Shown here in pieces: positions 10,828 through 23,423 of a stretch of 64,000 nt of DNA. Source of the DNA: Diplonema japonicum (Eukaryota > Protista > Euglenozoa: Diplonemea); contig OZ025729.1 of the NCBI GenBank assembly GCA_964019335.1, positions 62,001 through 126,000 on the forward strand, in the 5' to 3' direction. Numbering within the stretch: position 1 is the first letter of the stretch; the number at the start of each line of letters is the position of its first letter. The notes below the pieces were generated by a model that worked only from the letters and a program-made list of their open reading frames with translations, was not told the origin of the DNA and ran no database searches. Made by a program: the position numbers and the translations under genes.

Positions 10828-11371
10828 TTTTTTTTAATTTTTCAATTTTTTTTATTCACTCTTTCTCCTCTTTCGATTCTCTGTCTTTCGCCTTTTTTTT
10901 TTGTTTCTTCTCTCAAAGCTGCGCATGTCTTTGAACCCCCCTATCTATCTGCCTACCTTAACTGTTTCAGGCTCCCCACACTCCCTCCCTCTTCTTTGTT
11001 TTAGCAATACTATATACGCTCCATATTCGCTAAGTGACCCACCCTATGTCCCAAAGGGGTTATAGGGGGCTATAGGGGAAAAAATGTCAAAAATGCCCAA
11101 AGGTTCATTGAATTTCTTTTTTTCAAAAAATCCATATGTCGAACATGAAAGAACGGTGAGTTCCAAGGAAGTTCCAAAAAGAATTTTCCAAAAAAAAAAT
11201 ATTATTGGGGGCCAACCAAAATGACCTTGGAAGTCGCCATTTTGAATTTTGGCCATTTTTGCCAAACTTTTGCAACTGGGCACTTTTCCCTTTGAAAAAC
11301 ATGGTTAACAGGGTTCGATCCCAGAAGCCAGCATCTTCCTGACCAGTAGTTCAGCCGAAAATATTTTCGAA

Positions 11372-11443
11372 GGCGTAGTAGTCTAGTTGGGGGGGCTTTG
11401 CCCTGTACCTAGGCGAAGCGGGTTCAATTCAAGCCCCACTCCA
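11372..11443 (+). pseudogene. tRNA-like (Pol III A/B-box) sequence
   Basis: A-box-like TAGTCTAGTTGG, B-box-like GGTTCAATTC, ends in CCA, followed by oligo-T. Cloverleaf pairing is poor. Confidence 0.45.
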
Positions 11444-12794
11444 GCGGATTTTTTTAGGCTCACCACAGGGGAGAAACGGCAGCCTGAACCGGTGTTTCCG
11501 CGAAAGCTTTTCGTAAGCTTGTGGGAGTCTAGTTGAAGAAAAGTGCAGTTTTGAGGGAAGGACAGCTCTTAACATTGTAAGATTGTTAGTTGTTAGTCAG
11601 TAAGCATAACAGTCCTGTCCTCTGCACTTCGGCCGTAATCACCAAATACAAATGGGTGGAGATGACGAGAAGGTCAAAGAGGGTTCCGTAGGGGAGTTTA
11701 TAGTTGAAGAGACAGATGCGCGTCTACGCCGTCCACCACAGGGCAACGTACAGTCCAGATGGCATAGTCATTTGAAAGTGACGTTGCCTTTGGGGCAGAA
11801 GTTATTTCTGCTTTGGAAGGTACTTATGTGGGAATTACACCGATCACCGGTCACGTTTGCGTTGGAAGATCCTTGACCTGCGTGCCCTGGTTTGATGACG
11901 GAGACTATGAAACAAGCAGTGACGACGACCGGAGAATACTTCCTACTCCTGAGAGCACACGGGCAACTCGAAGGGAAAGACCAAGCAAGCCCTTCCAGCC
12001 AGCAGAGAGCCTCAGACAACGAGGACTCCAGATGGACAGGATCGCGATAGCGGAGTACAGCCACAAGGAGCTCCACTACCGGGTCCACACAAAAGAGGGC
12101 GAGAAGTGAGATCTCAGAGCAGACGGAGTGGAAGTGCCATAAGCAGGCAAAAACAAAGGATGGCACCCCAGCCTCATCTTGTACAAGAAGCACAAGACCG
12201 AGGAAGCAGAGGAGGGCCACCCGAGGCACAACAGAGGACATGGACAACCTCCCCAACGCAGCAGCAACAACAGTAACAACAGCAACAGCATCAGCAGTAG
12301 CAGCAAAGACAGTAGCGACAACAGAATGTAAAGAAGAAGACATCAGTATCTCCTCCCCCTTCCTCCTCCTTCTCCCCTTCCTGCTGTTCTACTTCGGGTG
12401 GATCAAGCGTCTGAAGAAACAACAGATTTTTCTGGTGACCCCTACTCTTCAGTGTACTAACGGAAGGAAACGCTCATGCGCACCACCTGAGTGGTAGCTC
12501 AGGAAGCTGAAGTAGTACGACGGACCGAGGAAGACGACAGTCACCACAATAACTCGTACTAGACTTCGAAAACTGGGAAAGGGGTAGATAAGTAGAGATA
12601 AGTAGACAAGGACGTTCCAGAACAGGAACCTCCTTTAGCTCATCTCTTATTCTGTGTTTATTTCATCACAGTGTTGATGGGCTGAGGCACGTCGTGAGTG
12701 TGTATCGCAAGGATATCTGGTGTGAAAAGAAGGGAACCTACTCCACCCACTAAGCCGGATGCGTGAGTAAAGATGGGGGTCAGAGTTTTGAATT

Positions 12795-12874
12795 CCTGTG
12801 GTAGAGTGGTTACCGTGCTCACCTGTCAGGCCCCCTTGTTCTAAGAGTCGCGGGTTCGAATCCCGACGCAGTGG
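12795..12874 (+). pseudogene. tRNA-like (Pol III A/B-box) sequence
   Basis: A-box-like TGGTAGAGTGG, T-arm CGGGTTCGAATCCCG with perfect stem, immediately followed by TTTTTT. Confidence 0.55.
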
Positions 12875-13584
12875 TTTTTTCATCAGGGTTTGAACCCCAC
12901 TTGTGCCGTGTTTTTTCCACCAGAGCTGCTTCATTTTGTATAGTACAAAGTAAGGCAAATCACCAAAAAAAATTTTATTACAAAAAAAAAAAAAAATCCA
13001 TATGTTGAACATTGGGCCCCGGACGCAAATAAATCCGTTCTAACCCTAGAAAAAGCAATTAGAAATTTTTTTAGCTCTTCAAAATGCGGGTTCTGGTGGG
13101 TCACTTAGCGAATATGGAGCGATAATATAATATTATAGACGAAAAAAAAAAAAAAAAAAACTAGTTGATTGCAGCGCGAAGTGGTATCTAATAGGTAAAA
13201 TACCGCTCGTGCTCACGAACTAGTGAAGTACTACATAACTACATTGGTTCCCCTCCCCCCAAATACATGGGAACATATGGAAAAAAAAAAAAAAAAAAAA
13301 AAAAAAATGAGGAAAAAAAAGTGAAGGGTCTGGTTGAGCAATTCACCCCCTCCCCCTCTTTTTTTTCCCCCCACTTCTAATTTGTTATTCTATGGGGGGG
13401 GGAAGAGAATGGGATAGCTAACCCCCCCCCCCCCCCCCATGAGCACTTCTCCGCTCGTAGTGAATTATTCATTTCTTGTTGAGTGGAACCAAACTAAGAG
13501 AAAAAAAAAGAAGAAAAAAAATATCGGGGGGAAATAAATGAACTGGTAGCATTGTACAAGCGTGTGACCTCAGCGTGAAAAAAA

Positions 13585-13625
<41 letters not shown>

Positions 13626-14013
13626 AAAAGGAAATAACGCCAAAATTTGAGCCAGAATCCAGCAAGAGCTGTTGGGTTGAAGAGAAGAAAAAAAAGGGGG
13701 GGGGGGACAGGGGTCCGAAGGCCAAGATCTCTTTTTTTTTTTTGTACAACTTTGTGTCCTTACCAACTCGGTTGAGGGTTTTATACCTAAGGTACCGAGG
13801 AGGGTGAACGAGGGACCGAAGGCCACACCACAGCAGAAAGGTTCAATCAAGAGATAGATTGAGACTCTTCAGGCGTTCTGCCACATACCGCAGGTACCCT
13901 TAAATGTCTCTCTCTTTTTTTTTTTTTTTTTTTTTGTGTGTTGCACAGTTCTTGTAAAAACAAGGATAGAGTGGGTCCCCCTCAATTTTTTACTTCATTC
14001 AGCGCCACAGACA

Positions 14014-14055
<42 letters not shown>

Positions 14056-14583
14056 GGTGCTTGCAACATCATTTCAGGTACCTCCACTTCGAACCGAGCT
14101 GGCCATCCCCCCAAAAAAAAAATGAAAAACTGAAAGGTAAGTTTTTAGTGTAGAGATTGAAGTGAACATTGAGAGGAGTTTTTAATAATAATAAAAAAAA
14201 GAACATGACTTATAGTTTTAAAAAAAAAAGTATAGCTTAGTTAGTTCCCCCCTCCCCCCATCCACCGTCTTTTTTTGTTCCCCTTTGCCCTTAAGTGGGA
14301 AGGAAAAAAGGAAAGAAAAAAAAAAAAAAAAGAGTTAGCTAACGTTTTTTTTTTTTAAAGTTTTTTTATTCCCCTTTTTTTTTCTTTTTCCTCCCTCCCC
14401 CCCCATGCACCATATTCGAACAGCTACCAAGAAGTATCGCCAGTTTGCAGACTCTAGATAGGCACGACGCCCTTTTGTTCCAGCCTGTCTGAAAAAAAAA
14501 AAAAAGAAAATAACTGGAAATGCGTCTACAGCCACATGCTAGAGTAAAACTGAATGAACTTTTGGTCCCTCTTGAAGATAGAG

Positions 14584-14614
<31 letters not shown>

Positions 14615-15276
14615 TCCCATATTTTTTTTTCCCAGGGAGAGTGAGATCTCACACAACAAACCAACGTGTGAAAGAAATCTTGTAATTGTGTAAACGCGAA
14701 GAAGAATGAGAAGGGAAAAAAAAAAGAGAAAAAAAAAGAAGGGAGAAACCACCAAAGTATATTCACCAACCGTTGAAGGTCTCCAACAACATTTTTGAAA
14801 AGAAAAAAAAGGAGAAAAAAAAAAAAAGAAAGAAAAAGTGTAAAACTTCTCCTGTCACACAGAAGGATGACACTTAGGAAGATGAAAAAAAAAAAAAAGA
14901 GAAAAATAGCTATTTATTGCCAACACATCATGGGTCATTATCTAACTCGAGTTAATAAGGGCCGGAGTGGCCTCAGAAGGTTAAAAATAGTCAAAAGACC
15001 CCCTCCCCAAAAAGTTTTTTTCAAGGGGTTGGGTACATTCCTTTTTCCCCCACGACGAGGCCCATTTTTTTCCACTCTGAAACGCCATTATTTAACTCCA
15101 AATCTCATAATTTAGCTAGTTAAAATTATGGGCGAGCATTGTTAAATTAAAGAAGGGCCCCTAGTGAGTGAAGGGAAAATGACGAAAGAAAAGAAAAGGA
15201 AAAAAAGGGCTGAATTCATCGGGTGGGGGAAACCTTTAAAAAAGAAGGGGAATAAATCGCCGGCCCCCACTTATTG

Positions 15277-15311
<35 letters not shown>

Positions 15312-15682
15312 GCCAGACTGGCTAGGGTTCGAGTTAGCCATTTTTCGATATAGTTTTTGTATTCTGTGGCCGATCAGATTTGAAGAAAAGTAGCATCCCC
15401 CCTCCCCTTTTCTTTTCTTTTTTCTTTTTCTCCCTTTTTTTTTTCTTTTATAATTTTTTTTCTTCTCTGTTTTACAAAGGTTATAGAAGGTGCGCAGCTC
15501 TTCTTTTGCACAGAAGTACTGGAAACAAATGCTAGTATACTTTTCTGTCTGAAGTGGCAACAATCCCAAGCACCCCAATTTCAAAAAGAAAAAAATAAAA
15601 TTAACCCATAACACTCCGGGGGGGGGGGGGGGGGTCCCCTTTTTTCCTCCTTTTCATAATTAGAGGGGGAAAATGGCAGCAT

Positions 15683-15780
15683 TTAACCTGGAGGTGCATG
15701 ATGCAGCGCAGCATGAAATGCAGTTGAAAGATCAAAGATAAAGATCCAGGGGTCGGGGGGGGACGAAAAAGTACTTTGAG

Positions 15781-15816
<36 letters not shown>

Positions 15817-17484
15817 GATTTTTCAAAACAAATATTTGCGCCTTGGAGTGTTACGGGTTTAACCCATAACACTCCAAGGCGCAACTATTTGTCGTTTTGA
15901 AAAATCGTTTTTTTCTCTAAGTACTTTTTCGTCCCCACGACCCCTGGATCTCCAAGAACGACTATAGTGAGGAGTTATTTTCAACTGCATTTCATGCTGC
16001 GCTGCATCGCTTTACCTTGTAATCCACCCACCAAGTGGGTCCCAAATCCGAGTAGATAGGCTTAAAAACGCAAAATAACGGGTGTGCAGACTGTGTCCAA
16101 AAAACGCAAAGGTAAAGCCAAAACAGCTATGGACGAGGTCCAACCTTCATGGGTAAGGGAGTTGGTACCCATAGAGACCATAAAATAGGCCGGTGGGGGG
16201 AAAAAAAGCTGTCCCGTGGTACGCAGAAACCTGACGACGCAAAATGGTTATTCCTTCGGTTTTTTTGATAAGAAGTTCACAGACGTCATCCAAGAAGAGA
16301 CAAACAAGCATAAGGACGCTGGGATTGATAAGATTTCGACCCAGGACTCCATCGCTTTTTCAGATTGAGCATTGCGATGGGTTTACGGCGTGCCCAGAAT
16401 CAGCAGTCGTATTGGTCCACAGGACCCATGAAAATCCCCCTTTTCAATAACACGATGTCCAGGAGACGCTACCAGGAAATCAAAAGTAGCCTCCACTTCA
16501 CTCACACATAAGAGTCAAACGGTGATGTGTTGTGGAAGATACGAGGTTTCTGGGCAGAATTGGTGGCAAGTGGGCAAAAACGGCAGTGCCAGGAAAATAT
16601 TTAAGCATTGATGAGACACTCGTACCGTCACAGGGCAATTGGGGGGCTTCAGGTCTACTGTCCTCTCAAGCGTAAAAGATATGGCATAAAAATCTACTGC
16701 CTAAGCGAGCACGGGTTATCTTTCGCGTTTTCACATTCCACGCCACAAAATCGAGGGGCACGCACTTGAAGATTTCAGTGTTGTGGAAAAGGTGGTGCTG
16801 GGGTTAACGGAGCCTTTCCGGGGGGAATGACAACACAGTAGTTTGCAATAACTACTTTTCAACTGTGGGGCTGGCCGAAGCCCTGTGAAAAAACTGTGAG
16901 GCTTGCATTTCGTTGGGGTGTTGCGGACTCTTCTGGTGGGCCCTAGAAGTGACAATAGTTAACTGCCATGCACTTCAAATAAAATATTGTTCAGGATGCC
17001 AAAGAGATACAAAACCCTGGCTGCTTTTAAAGAGCGCTTTCGAGAGAGCCTAATTGATGGGTCCAGCGTTGCAAAAATACCACTCCCGGCACCCAACTAG
17101 TGGTGCACACCCCCGACACCCCAGATTACACCAAACGTGACCACCAGCCACTCAAAGGGGGCACCTCTGTCCAAATAAGTGCTTTTTTCGTACCACTATT
17201 CCATCACCCCAAAAAGGCCTCTTGACGATTTCGAGGCCGATGTTCCACCCGCAAATAGGCACTTCTCTCGGTCTGACATCTGAGGGGTCCTGATGCTGCC
17301 TTTTTTGCCCCAAGATGCTCAATCTACACCCCCCTATGCACAACCCATTTTGACATGGTCGTTTTTGAGCACCCTACGGCCATTCAACTCTTCATCCCCT
17401 TTGTATTTTTATTAATTTTTGAAGTTCTTTTTTTAATTTTCCTGGTCCAAAAAAAACCCCGTTTTACCTGCAAACGGGGGTTAA
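15683..17484 (+). mobile_element. Degenerate piggyBac element with transposase pseudogene and left-end foldback
   Basis: TTAA at 15683, 15859 (TTAA|CCC) and 17481 (GGG|TTAA). Frameshifted remnants NTMSRRRYQEIKSSLHF, KYLSIDETLVP and VYCPLKRKRYGIKIYCL match piggyBac (DDE_Tnp_1_7) motifs. Confidence 0.8.
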
Positions 17485-17492
17485 ATGCTGCC

Positions 17493-17540
<48 letters not shown>

Positions 17541-18357
17541 CACCTAAAACCTAACAGTACATATTGCCAATCATTGTCAGTACTAGTTAGTTTTTTTTTC
17601 TTCACGACCCCTCCCCCCCCCTTAGATTTAACGATCTTTACAGCTTTTAAAATAAAGAAAAGCAGCACAAAAAAGAGGGGGGGGGAGGAAAAAGAAAGAA
17701 AGAAAATTATATCCCGTTCCTTTCCCGTGATGTCTAAAAAAAACAAAGGAACGAAAATCTGCGTTTAAACAAAAAAAAAAAAGAAAAGAAGGAGAAAATC
17801 CGCTCGAAGTAGTTGTGTAAAGCTGCATTTCTTTTTTTTTTCCTTCCCTCTTATTCTATCCCCACATCTATTCCCTCTCATTATCCTCCCCTCCCCACCA
17901 TGTTCCCCCCCCCCCTTTTTTTTCTCTCTTCTTTTCTTGACAATTGGATAAAAGAAAGGGGAGAACGACTGTGTTACGGAAACGCCAAAAAAGTATTCTG
18001 AAAAAAAAAAAAAAAGACCTTTTTGGCTTTCAATGTTTTCTTTTTCTTTTTTTTTTCTCTCCTTCCCTCTGTCTTTCTACCCCATCCCCTTCTTACTCCT
18101 TTTCTTTTTACACCTTGTTTCCCTCCCCCTATTTTTTATATTGTATTAACAAGTAGTGACATGCAGGATTTACTCCAGGATTGATATTCCCCAGTCCCTG
18201 TCTCTGTCTCTGATCTGTGTCTGGATCAAGGGTCTCGACGTCCTCTAGTCAGACATCCTGTGACGTTCGGTGTCCTTCGTTGTCTGCCTCCATTCTATTT
18301 CCTCGATTTCTTTAATTATACTAGACAACAACACTGGTGGGGGGAGGGAGATGCGAA

Positions 18358-21300
18358 ATGGCGTCCATAAAGACCGCCGTTCTTCTCAGCAGTGTGCACC
18401 TCGTGGCATCGCTGCCCACAACGTACCAGGAGGCCCCTACAGAGGCAGACCACGCAAACTGTTTTGATAACCAAGGGTGGTGCAAGTGCACTGCAGGCAA
18501 GATGATGACTGGTTTGTTCAAAAGTTCTTGCAATGATCTGTGGTGTCTTGAGAAGTACCACTGTGCAAGGCCCGCCGGCAGCACAGGTGTCGGGAGCTGT
18601 GTCAGTGTCAGCGTGGATGCTCCTCTCAACAGTGGGAACAACAAAGCTGCCTGCCCGGCTGGCAAGATGCTCAACGGCATCTACAGAGCCGCCTGCAACT
18701 CCCTCTCTTGCATCGACCAGTTCGAGTGCTGTGAGTTCACCCACCCCACTGGCATATACATCTATGGGGTCGATGAGGCAGCCAACTGGGTCACCTGCAT
18801 GGACCCTTGGCACACATGGTGCGATGTCCCCACCAACACCTATATGTCTGGCTTTCACAGGTCCAGCACTTCAAACAATCTGCAGGCAGTTGACTGGGGG
18901 GCATATAGGCAGCTCATCTTTACCCTACCGACATCTGCACCGGCAACACCAGCCCCGACTACACCAGCACCAGCAACGCCAGCCCCTGCTACAGTTGCAC
19001 CCGCGACACCAGCCCCAAATACGCCAGTTCCTGACACACCCGTACCTTCTACACCTGCACCTGCCACACAAGCCCCCGACACACCAGCTCCTGACACATC
19101 TGCACCAGCAACATCAGCCCCTGCTACACCAGCTCCTGATACAATAGCCCCAGATACACAGGCACCACGCACGTCAGCACCCAGCACAATAGCCCCTGCC
19201 ACACCTGCACCCAATACACAGGCACCAAGTACTCTTGCCCCTAACACCCCAGCTCCTGCAACACTTGCACCTGCTACATCAGCCCCGGTAACTCCAGCTC
19301 CTGCAACACCTGCACCAGCAACGCCAGCCCCTGCTACACCAGCTCCTGCAACACCTTCACCCAATACACCAGCCCCTGCTACATCAGCCCCGGCAACAGT
19401 GTCACCAGCAACCCAAGCACCTGATACACAGGCACCAAGAACATCAGCACCCAGTACCTCAGCCCCTGCAACACCTGCACCCAATACACAGGCACCAAGT
19501 ACACCTGCCCCTGCAACGTCAGCCCCTGCCACACCTGCACCAGCTACACTATCCCCTGCAACAGACGCACCCGCAACACCAGCTCCTGCGACACCATCCC
19601 CTGCAACAGCGTCACCAGCAACCCAAGCACCTGATACACAGGCACCAAGCACCCCTGCCCCTGACACACAACCGCCAAGCACCTCAGTGCCGAGCACCTC
19701 AGCCCCTGCAACGGCGGCACCAGCAACACCGAGCCCTGACACCTTGGTTCCTGGGGACACAGGGGCACCAGCAACACCTGCACCCGACACGGCAACACCG
19801 ACCACGGCACCCGACACCCAGGCGCCTCTCACGGTCGCACCTTCAACACCGGCCCCCGATACACAAGCACCGTCGACTCCTGCTCCTGCAACGGTGGCCC
19901 CCGACACTCCAGCTCCTGCAACCTCTGCCCCGGCGACAACCGCACCAGCGACAACCACACCGGCTACCCTCACCCCGGGCACAACCGCGGCACCTCCGAC
20001 GGGATCACCTCCGACCGCTGTTCCAACAACAGCACCTGACACGGCAGCTCCTGCGACCCCTGCCCCTGCAACCTTGGCACCCGACACCCTCTCACCTGTG
20101 ACCCCCTCCCCCCTCACAACGGCACCTTCAACCCTTTCCCCGGCCACAACACCACCTCTTACTCAGGCACCCTTGACCCCCTCTCCCCTCACATTAGCCC
20201 CGACCACAACCTCACCTGCAACCCAGGCACCTTCCACCTCTTCTCCTCCCACACTGACTCCTTCAACCTTCACCTTCGCCCCTCCTCCAACCGGAGTACC
20301 TCCGACCTTCGCCCCTCCTCCAACTTTCGCCCCGGCTCTTCCTGCGACCTCTCCTCCCACCTTCGCCCCTCCTCTCACTTTGGCCCCACCCACCACTCCA
20401 GCACCCGACACCCTCGCTCCGGCTCCTCCAACACTCTCCCCACCCACCTCTGTCCCGACCACGACCACAGCTCCTTCAACTCCAGCACCGGACACGCAAG
20501 CACCCGGGACACTGGCACCCACCGGGACAGCAACGTTTTCCCCCGCCACGAACCTCCCGGGACCACCAGCAGGGACCTCGGAACCCGAGACAGCTGTTCG
20601 GGAGACGGCGGCACCAACCACGGCACCCAGGACCCCTGCCCCCGAGTTCGACAAGAAGGAGACGATCTCGACGATAGGCGGGGTGACCGCTGGGGCGGCC
20701 TCTCTGGGGGCGGCGGGGAGTGCGGCGGCGGCGACGCGGCTGGTGCTGATCGCGGATGCGTGTCCGAAGAACGGGGTGAAGCGAAAGTTCCCCTTCCCGC
20801 TGCACCCCACGGGGATCTCGGTGCAGGGGAGCGAGGCGGCTGGGGCTGTGATCGGGAACTTCTCCATCGTGATCGGCTTCACGCTTCTGATGGCGGTGGC
20901 CCTCCTCATCTTCCAGAAGGCGGGGAAGCTGTGCCTCCCGGCCCTGTTCGAGGGGCTGGACACTCAGGGGTGGCTCCGCTTTCCCTCTGTCTCCCTGTTC
21001 ATCTTCCAGTGGCTGTACCAGGGGACCACCCTTGGATCGATGATCCTTCTCATATACCCCTCTGATGCTGGGGAGGTGATTTTGGGGGTCGTCTCCCTGA
21101 TCCTGTGCGTGGGGGTCCCGCTCCTGGTCTTCCGGGTGGTGTCGCGGGATGTGGGGAAGAAGGCAGTGTACAGCATCGACACGGTGAAGAAGGGGAGGCT
21201 GTACGTGGCGCTGTGCGGGCCTGGGGAGTGGGTGTCTGTGGGGTCGGACGTGCACTGGGTGAACAGGTTCGCGTCTGTGATGAGGTCGTACACGCAGCGG

Positions 21301-22002
21301 GCGGCCTGGTTCACTGTGATCGAGTTCGCAGGGTCGTTCAGCTTGGCGGCCTTGGGGACCCTGAACACGGAGTCGTGGGTTGGGTGCGGACACGTGAAGG
21401 TTGCGATGTGCATGGTGTTTGCCACGATGGCGGGGCTGGAGGGGGCCCTGTGGCCGCATGCTCGGGCGAAGGACAACATCGCAGACTTCGTTCTTCTCGG
21501 GATGCAGGGGGCCGCCTTGCTCCTCATGGCGGGTGGCTTCTACAAGGAGAAGGACATCGGGGACGACCAGCTCCACGACATTGCAGGGCTGCTCTTCCTC
21601 GTCTCGGGGATCCTCCTCCTTGTGAAGGCTGTCACCGACCTCCTCACAGAGGCTTTTGTCGTCCTCACGGGGCGCCGCAGGAGGCTTCAGGCGGATGCAT
21701 GGGCAAGCGAGCAGGACAAGCTGTCGTGGGGCACCTCGTCGTTGCTCCATGTGCAGGACCCTGAGCTTGAGATGTCGATGCTCCCTGAGAAAGGGGATAC
21801 CATGTCCATGACCCACCCTGCGACGGCTTCAGATGTGACTGCTTCTGTGACTGCACCAACAAGGACAACAGCAACGTCATTCTCCTTTCACACCAACGGG
21901 TCCATGAGGTCCACTGGGTCTGCAGCCTTACCGAACTTAAGAAGGCATCAGTCGTTCGCAAGAAAAGAGGTGCTTCTTAAAAAAGCAAGTTTGCAGATTT
22001 AG
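18358..22002 (+). CDS. Receptor family member R2 (head / mucin stalk / about 7-TM / tail)
   Basis: Paralogue of R1; first in-frame ATG 18358. Appears identical to R1 from about 19603 to about 21923 (offset 11448), with a different head third repeat, proximal stalk and final about 25 codons. Confidence 0.85.
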   Translation: MASIKTAVLLSSVHLVASLPTTYQEAPTEADHANCFDNQGWCKCTAGKMMTGLFKSSCNDLWCLEKYHCARPAGSTGVGSCVSVSVDAPLNSGNNKAACPAGKMLNGIYRAACNSLSCIDQFECCEFTHPTGIYIYGVDEAANWVTCMDPWHTWCDVPTNTYMSGFHRSSTSNNLQAVDWGAYRQLIFTLPTSAPATPAPTTPAPATPAPATVAPATPAPNTPVPDTPVPSTPAPATQAPDTPAPDTSAPATSAPATPAPDTIAPDTQAPRTSAPSTIAPATPAPNTQAPSTLAPNTPAPATLAPATSAPVTPAPATPAPATPAPATPAPATPSPNTPAPATSAPATVSPATQAPDTQAPRTSAPSTSAPATPAPNTQAPSTPAPATSAPATPAPATLSPATDAPATPAPATPSPATASPATQAPDTQAPSTPAPDTQPPSTSVPSTSAPATAAPATPSPDTLVPGDTGAPATPAPDTATPTTAPDTQAPLTVAPSTPAPDTQAPSTPAPATVAPDTPAPATSAPATTAPATTTPATLTPGTTAAPPTGSPPTAVPTTAPDTAAPATPAPATLAPDTLSPVTPSPLTTAPSTLSPATTPPLTQAPLTPSPLTLAPTTTSPATQAPSTSSPPTLTPSTFTFAPPPTGVPPTFAPPPTFAPALPATSPPTFAPPLTLAPPTTPAPDTLAPAPPTLSPPTSVPTTTTAPSTPAPDTQAPGTLAPTGTATFSPATNLPGPPAGTSEPETAVRETAAPTTAPRTPAPEFDKKETISTIGGVTAGAASLGAAGSAAAATRLVLIADACPKNGVKRKFPFPLHPTGISVQGSEAAGAVIGNFSIVIGFTLLMAVALLIFQKAGKLCLPALFEGLDTQGWLRFPSVSLFIFQWLYQGTTLGSMILLIYPSDAGEVILGVVSLILCVGVPLLVFRVVSRDVGKKAVYSIDTVKKGRLYVALCGPGEWVSVGSDVHWVNRFASVMRSYTQRAAWFTVIEFAGSFSLAALGTLNTESWVGCGHVKVAMCMVFATMAGLEGALWPHARAKDNIADFVLLGMQGAALLLMAGGFYKEKDIGDDQLHDIAGLLFLVSGILLLVKAVTDLLTEAFVVLTGRRRRLQADAWASEQDKLSWGTSSLLHVQDPELEMSMLPEKGDTMSMTHPATASDVTASVTAPTRTTATSFSFHTNGSMRSTGSAALPNLRRHQSFARKEVLLKKASLQI

Positions 22003-22505
22003 TGCTGCAGCTGTTATCCTTATTCCTCTCTCTTATATATTTCTTACTGTTCTTCTTATCTAAGTTGTCTTCTTGCTCGCAGGCAGCTCGAGTTGCTGGT
22101 AATCGGTGACTTTCTATGCAGACTTTTAATGATTTTCATCATCGTGTTCCCGATCGCCGTACTGTGGTGAAGTCTCAGCAGGCCTTTGTCATAAGGAACG
22201 CTGTAGAAAGGGAGAAAAAAAAAAAAGAGGGGGAAGAGGAAATAGGTGGTCTTGCTAGCTCAGCAGTTGCGACAAGCAGTGACCATGTTTCGAACCCCCC
22301 CCCCTTTTTTTGTTGTTGCTGTTTTAAACTGAGCCTCCTCCCCTCCCCTTTAATTTAGGGGAGAGGAACCCAAAGATGCTTTGATGCAGTTGTCTATCTT
22401 TGTTTTATTGTCAAACCTACGATCGCTTTAAAAAAAAAGAAAAAAAAAATGGGGCTTTAATTGCAACACTAGGTGGCGTTAAGCGTGCAATGAAGCACGA
22501 ACTAC

Positions 22506-22740
22506 CTACTTGATTACAGGGGGCGCTCCTCGGCCGAGCAGTAGCTTCTTCTGCGTTCCGCGTCGTGTCCTTAATGCGTGCGGTGTGCTCAACCCTAGCC
22601 GGGGCGTCCCGGGTAACCAAGATTCTGTGCTCGTGCAGTTTGCTGCCTGTTCGTCACCCTGAGCATCTGCGTTACGTTCTTCCACTCGGGCGCTACCGGT
22701 GATGACCGACGAGGAGGTCAACAGCGAACAACACATCTGA
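22506..22740 (-). repeat. Interspersed repeat (SINE-like or LINE 3'-end fragment)
   Basis: 22506-22659 is the reverse complement of 61687-61836 at high identity. Confidence 0.7.
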
Positions 22741-23356
22741 TGTACTTCTTATATTTCCATGTTATCCCCACCACCTATAAAAAAAGAAAAGAAAAAAGAA
22801 AAGAAAAAAAAATAAAAAAAGAAGAAGAAGAGCAAACACCGGCGTGTTAAAGCTAGGCTTCCCCCTCCTTTTTTTATCTTCTTTTTTTTTTTCTTTTCCC
22901 TCTTTTTTCCCCCTCTCATTAAAGATTCCAAGCCTTTGGGAACTGCACATTCCTTGTGATCAAGAGACAAGTCTAGCCAAAAAACTCGCCAAGCGGTACA
23001 ATGCCTTTTAAGGAAGGAACGGAAGGTGCTGGCGTAAAGAGTAACACGGCAACCTACAAGCAACACTGTGCAGTTGGGTTATGACTAGTTCTTTAGATTT
23101 CTATGGTAGGCACTTTCCCCTCATGGGGAGGCGAACAGCCCCTCCCCCCTGGCACCAGTTTGCAGCATTTACCATAGAGCTGCCCTATATTATCTTTGTG
23201 GAAGAGGCTTCCAAACTTTTCTTTTTTTTTTCTTCTCCCTTCTTTTCTGTAAACCAAAAGAAATCTAATCACCCCCCCCCTTTTTTTTTCCTGGTTTTAT
23301 TTTATCTTCTTGGTTTACAGTGTTATTAACTCTCTCTTCTTCTTTTGCTTCTTATG

Positions 23357-23423
<67 letters not shown>

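Larger units (their letters stand above)
11017..13121. mobile_element. 2.1-kb non-autonomous DNA transposon with 27-bp perfect TIRs, containing tRNA-like cassettes
   Basis: CGCTCCATATTCGCTAAGTGACCCACC (11017-11043) is the exact reverse complement of 13095-13121. ATA lies on both sides (possible 3-bp TSD). No transposase ORF is visible. Confidence 0.8.

Noticed and set aside
11813-12109. Small protein gene within the TIR element
   Set aside because: No recognisable domain, a non-ATG start and nearby in-frame stops.
11372-12874. Functional tRNA genes
   Set aside because: A/B boxes are present but acceptor and anticodon arms do not pair convincingly, so they are kept only as tRNA-like.
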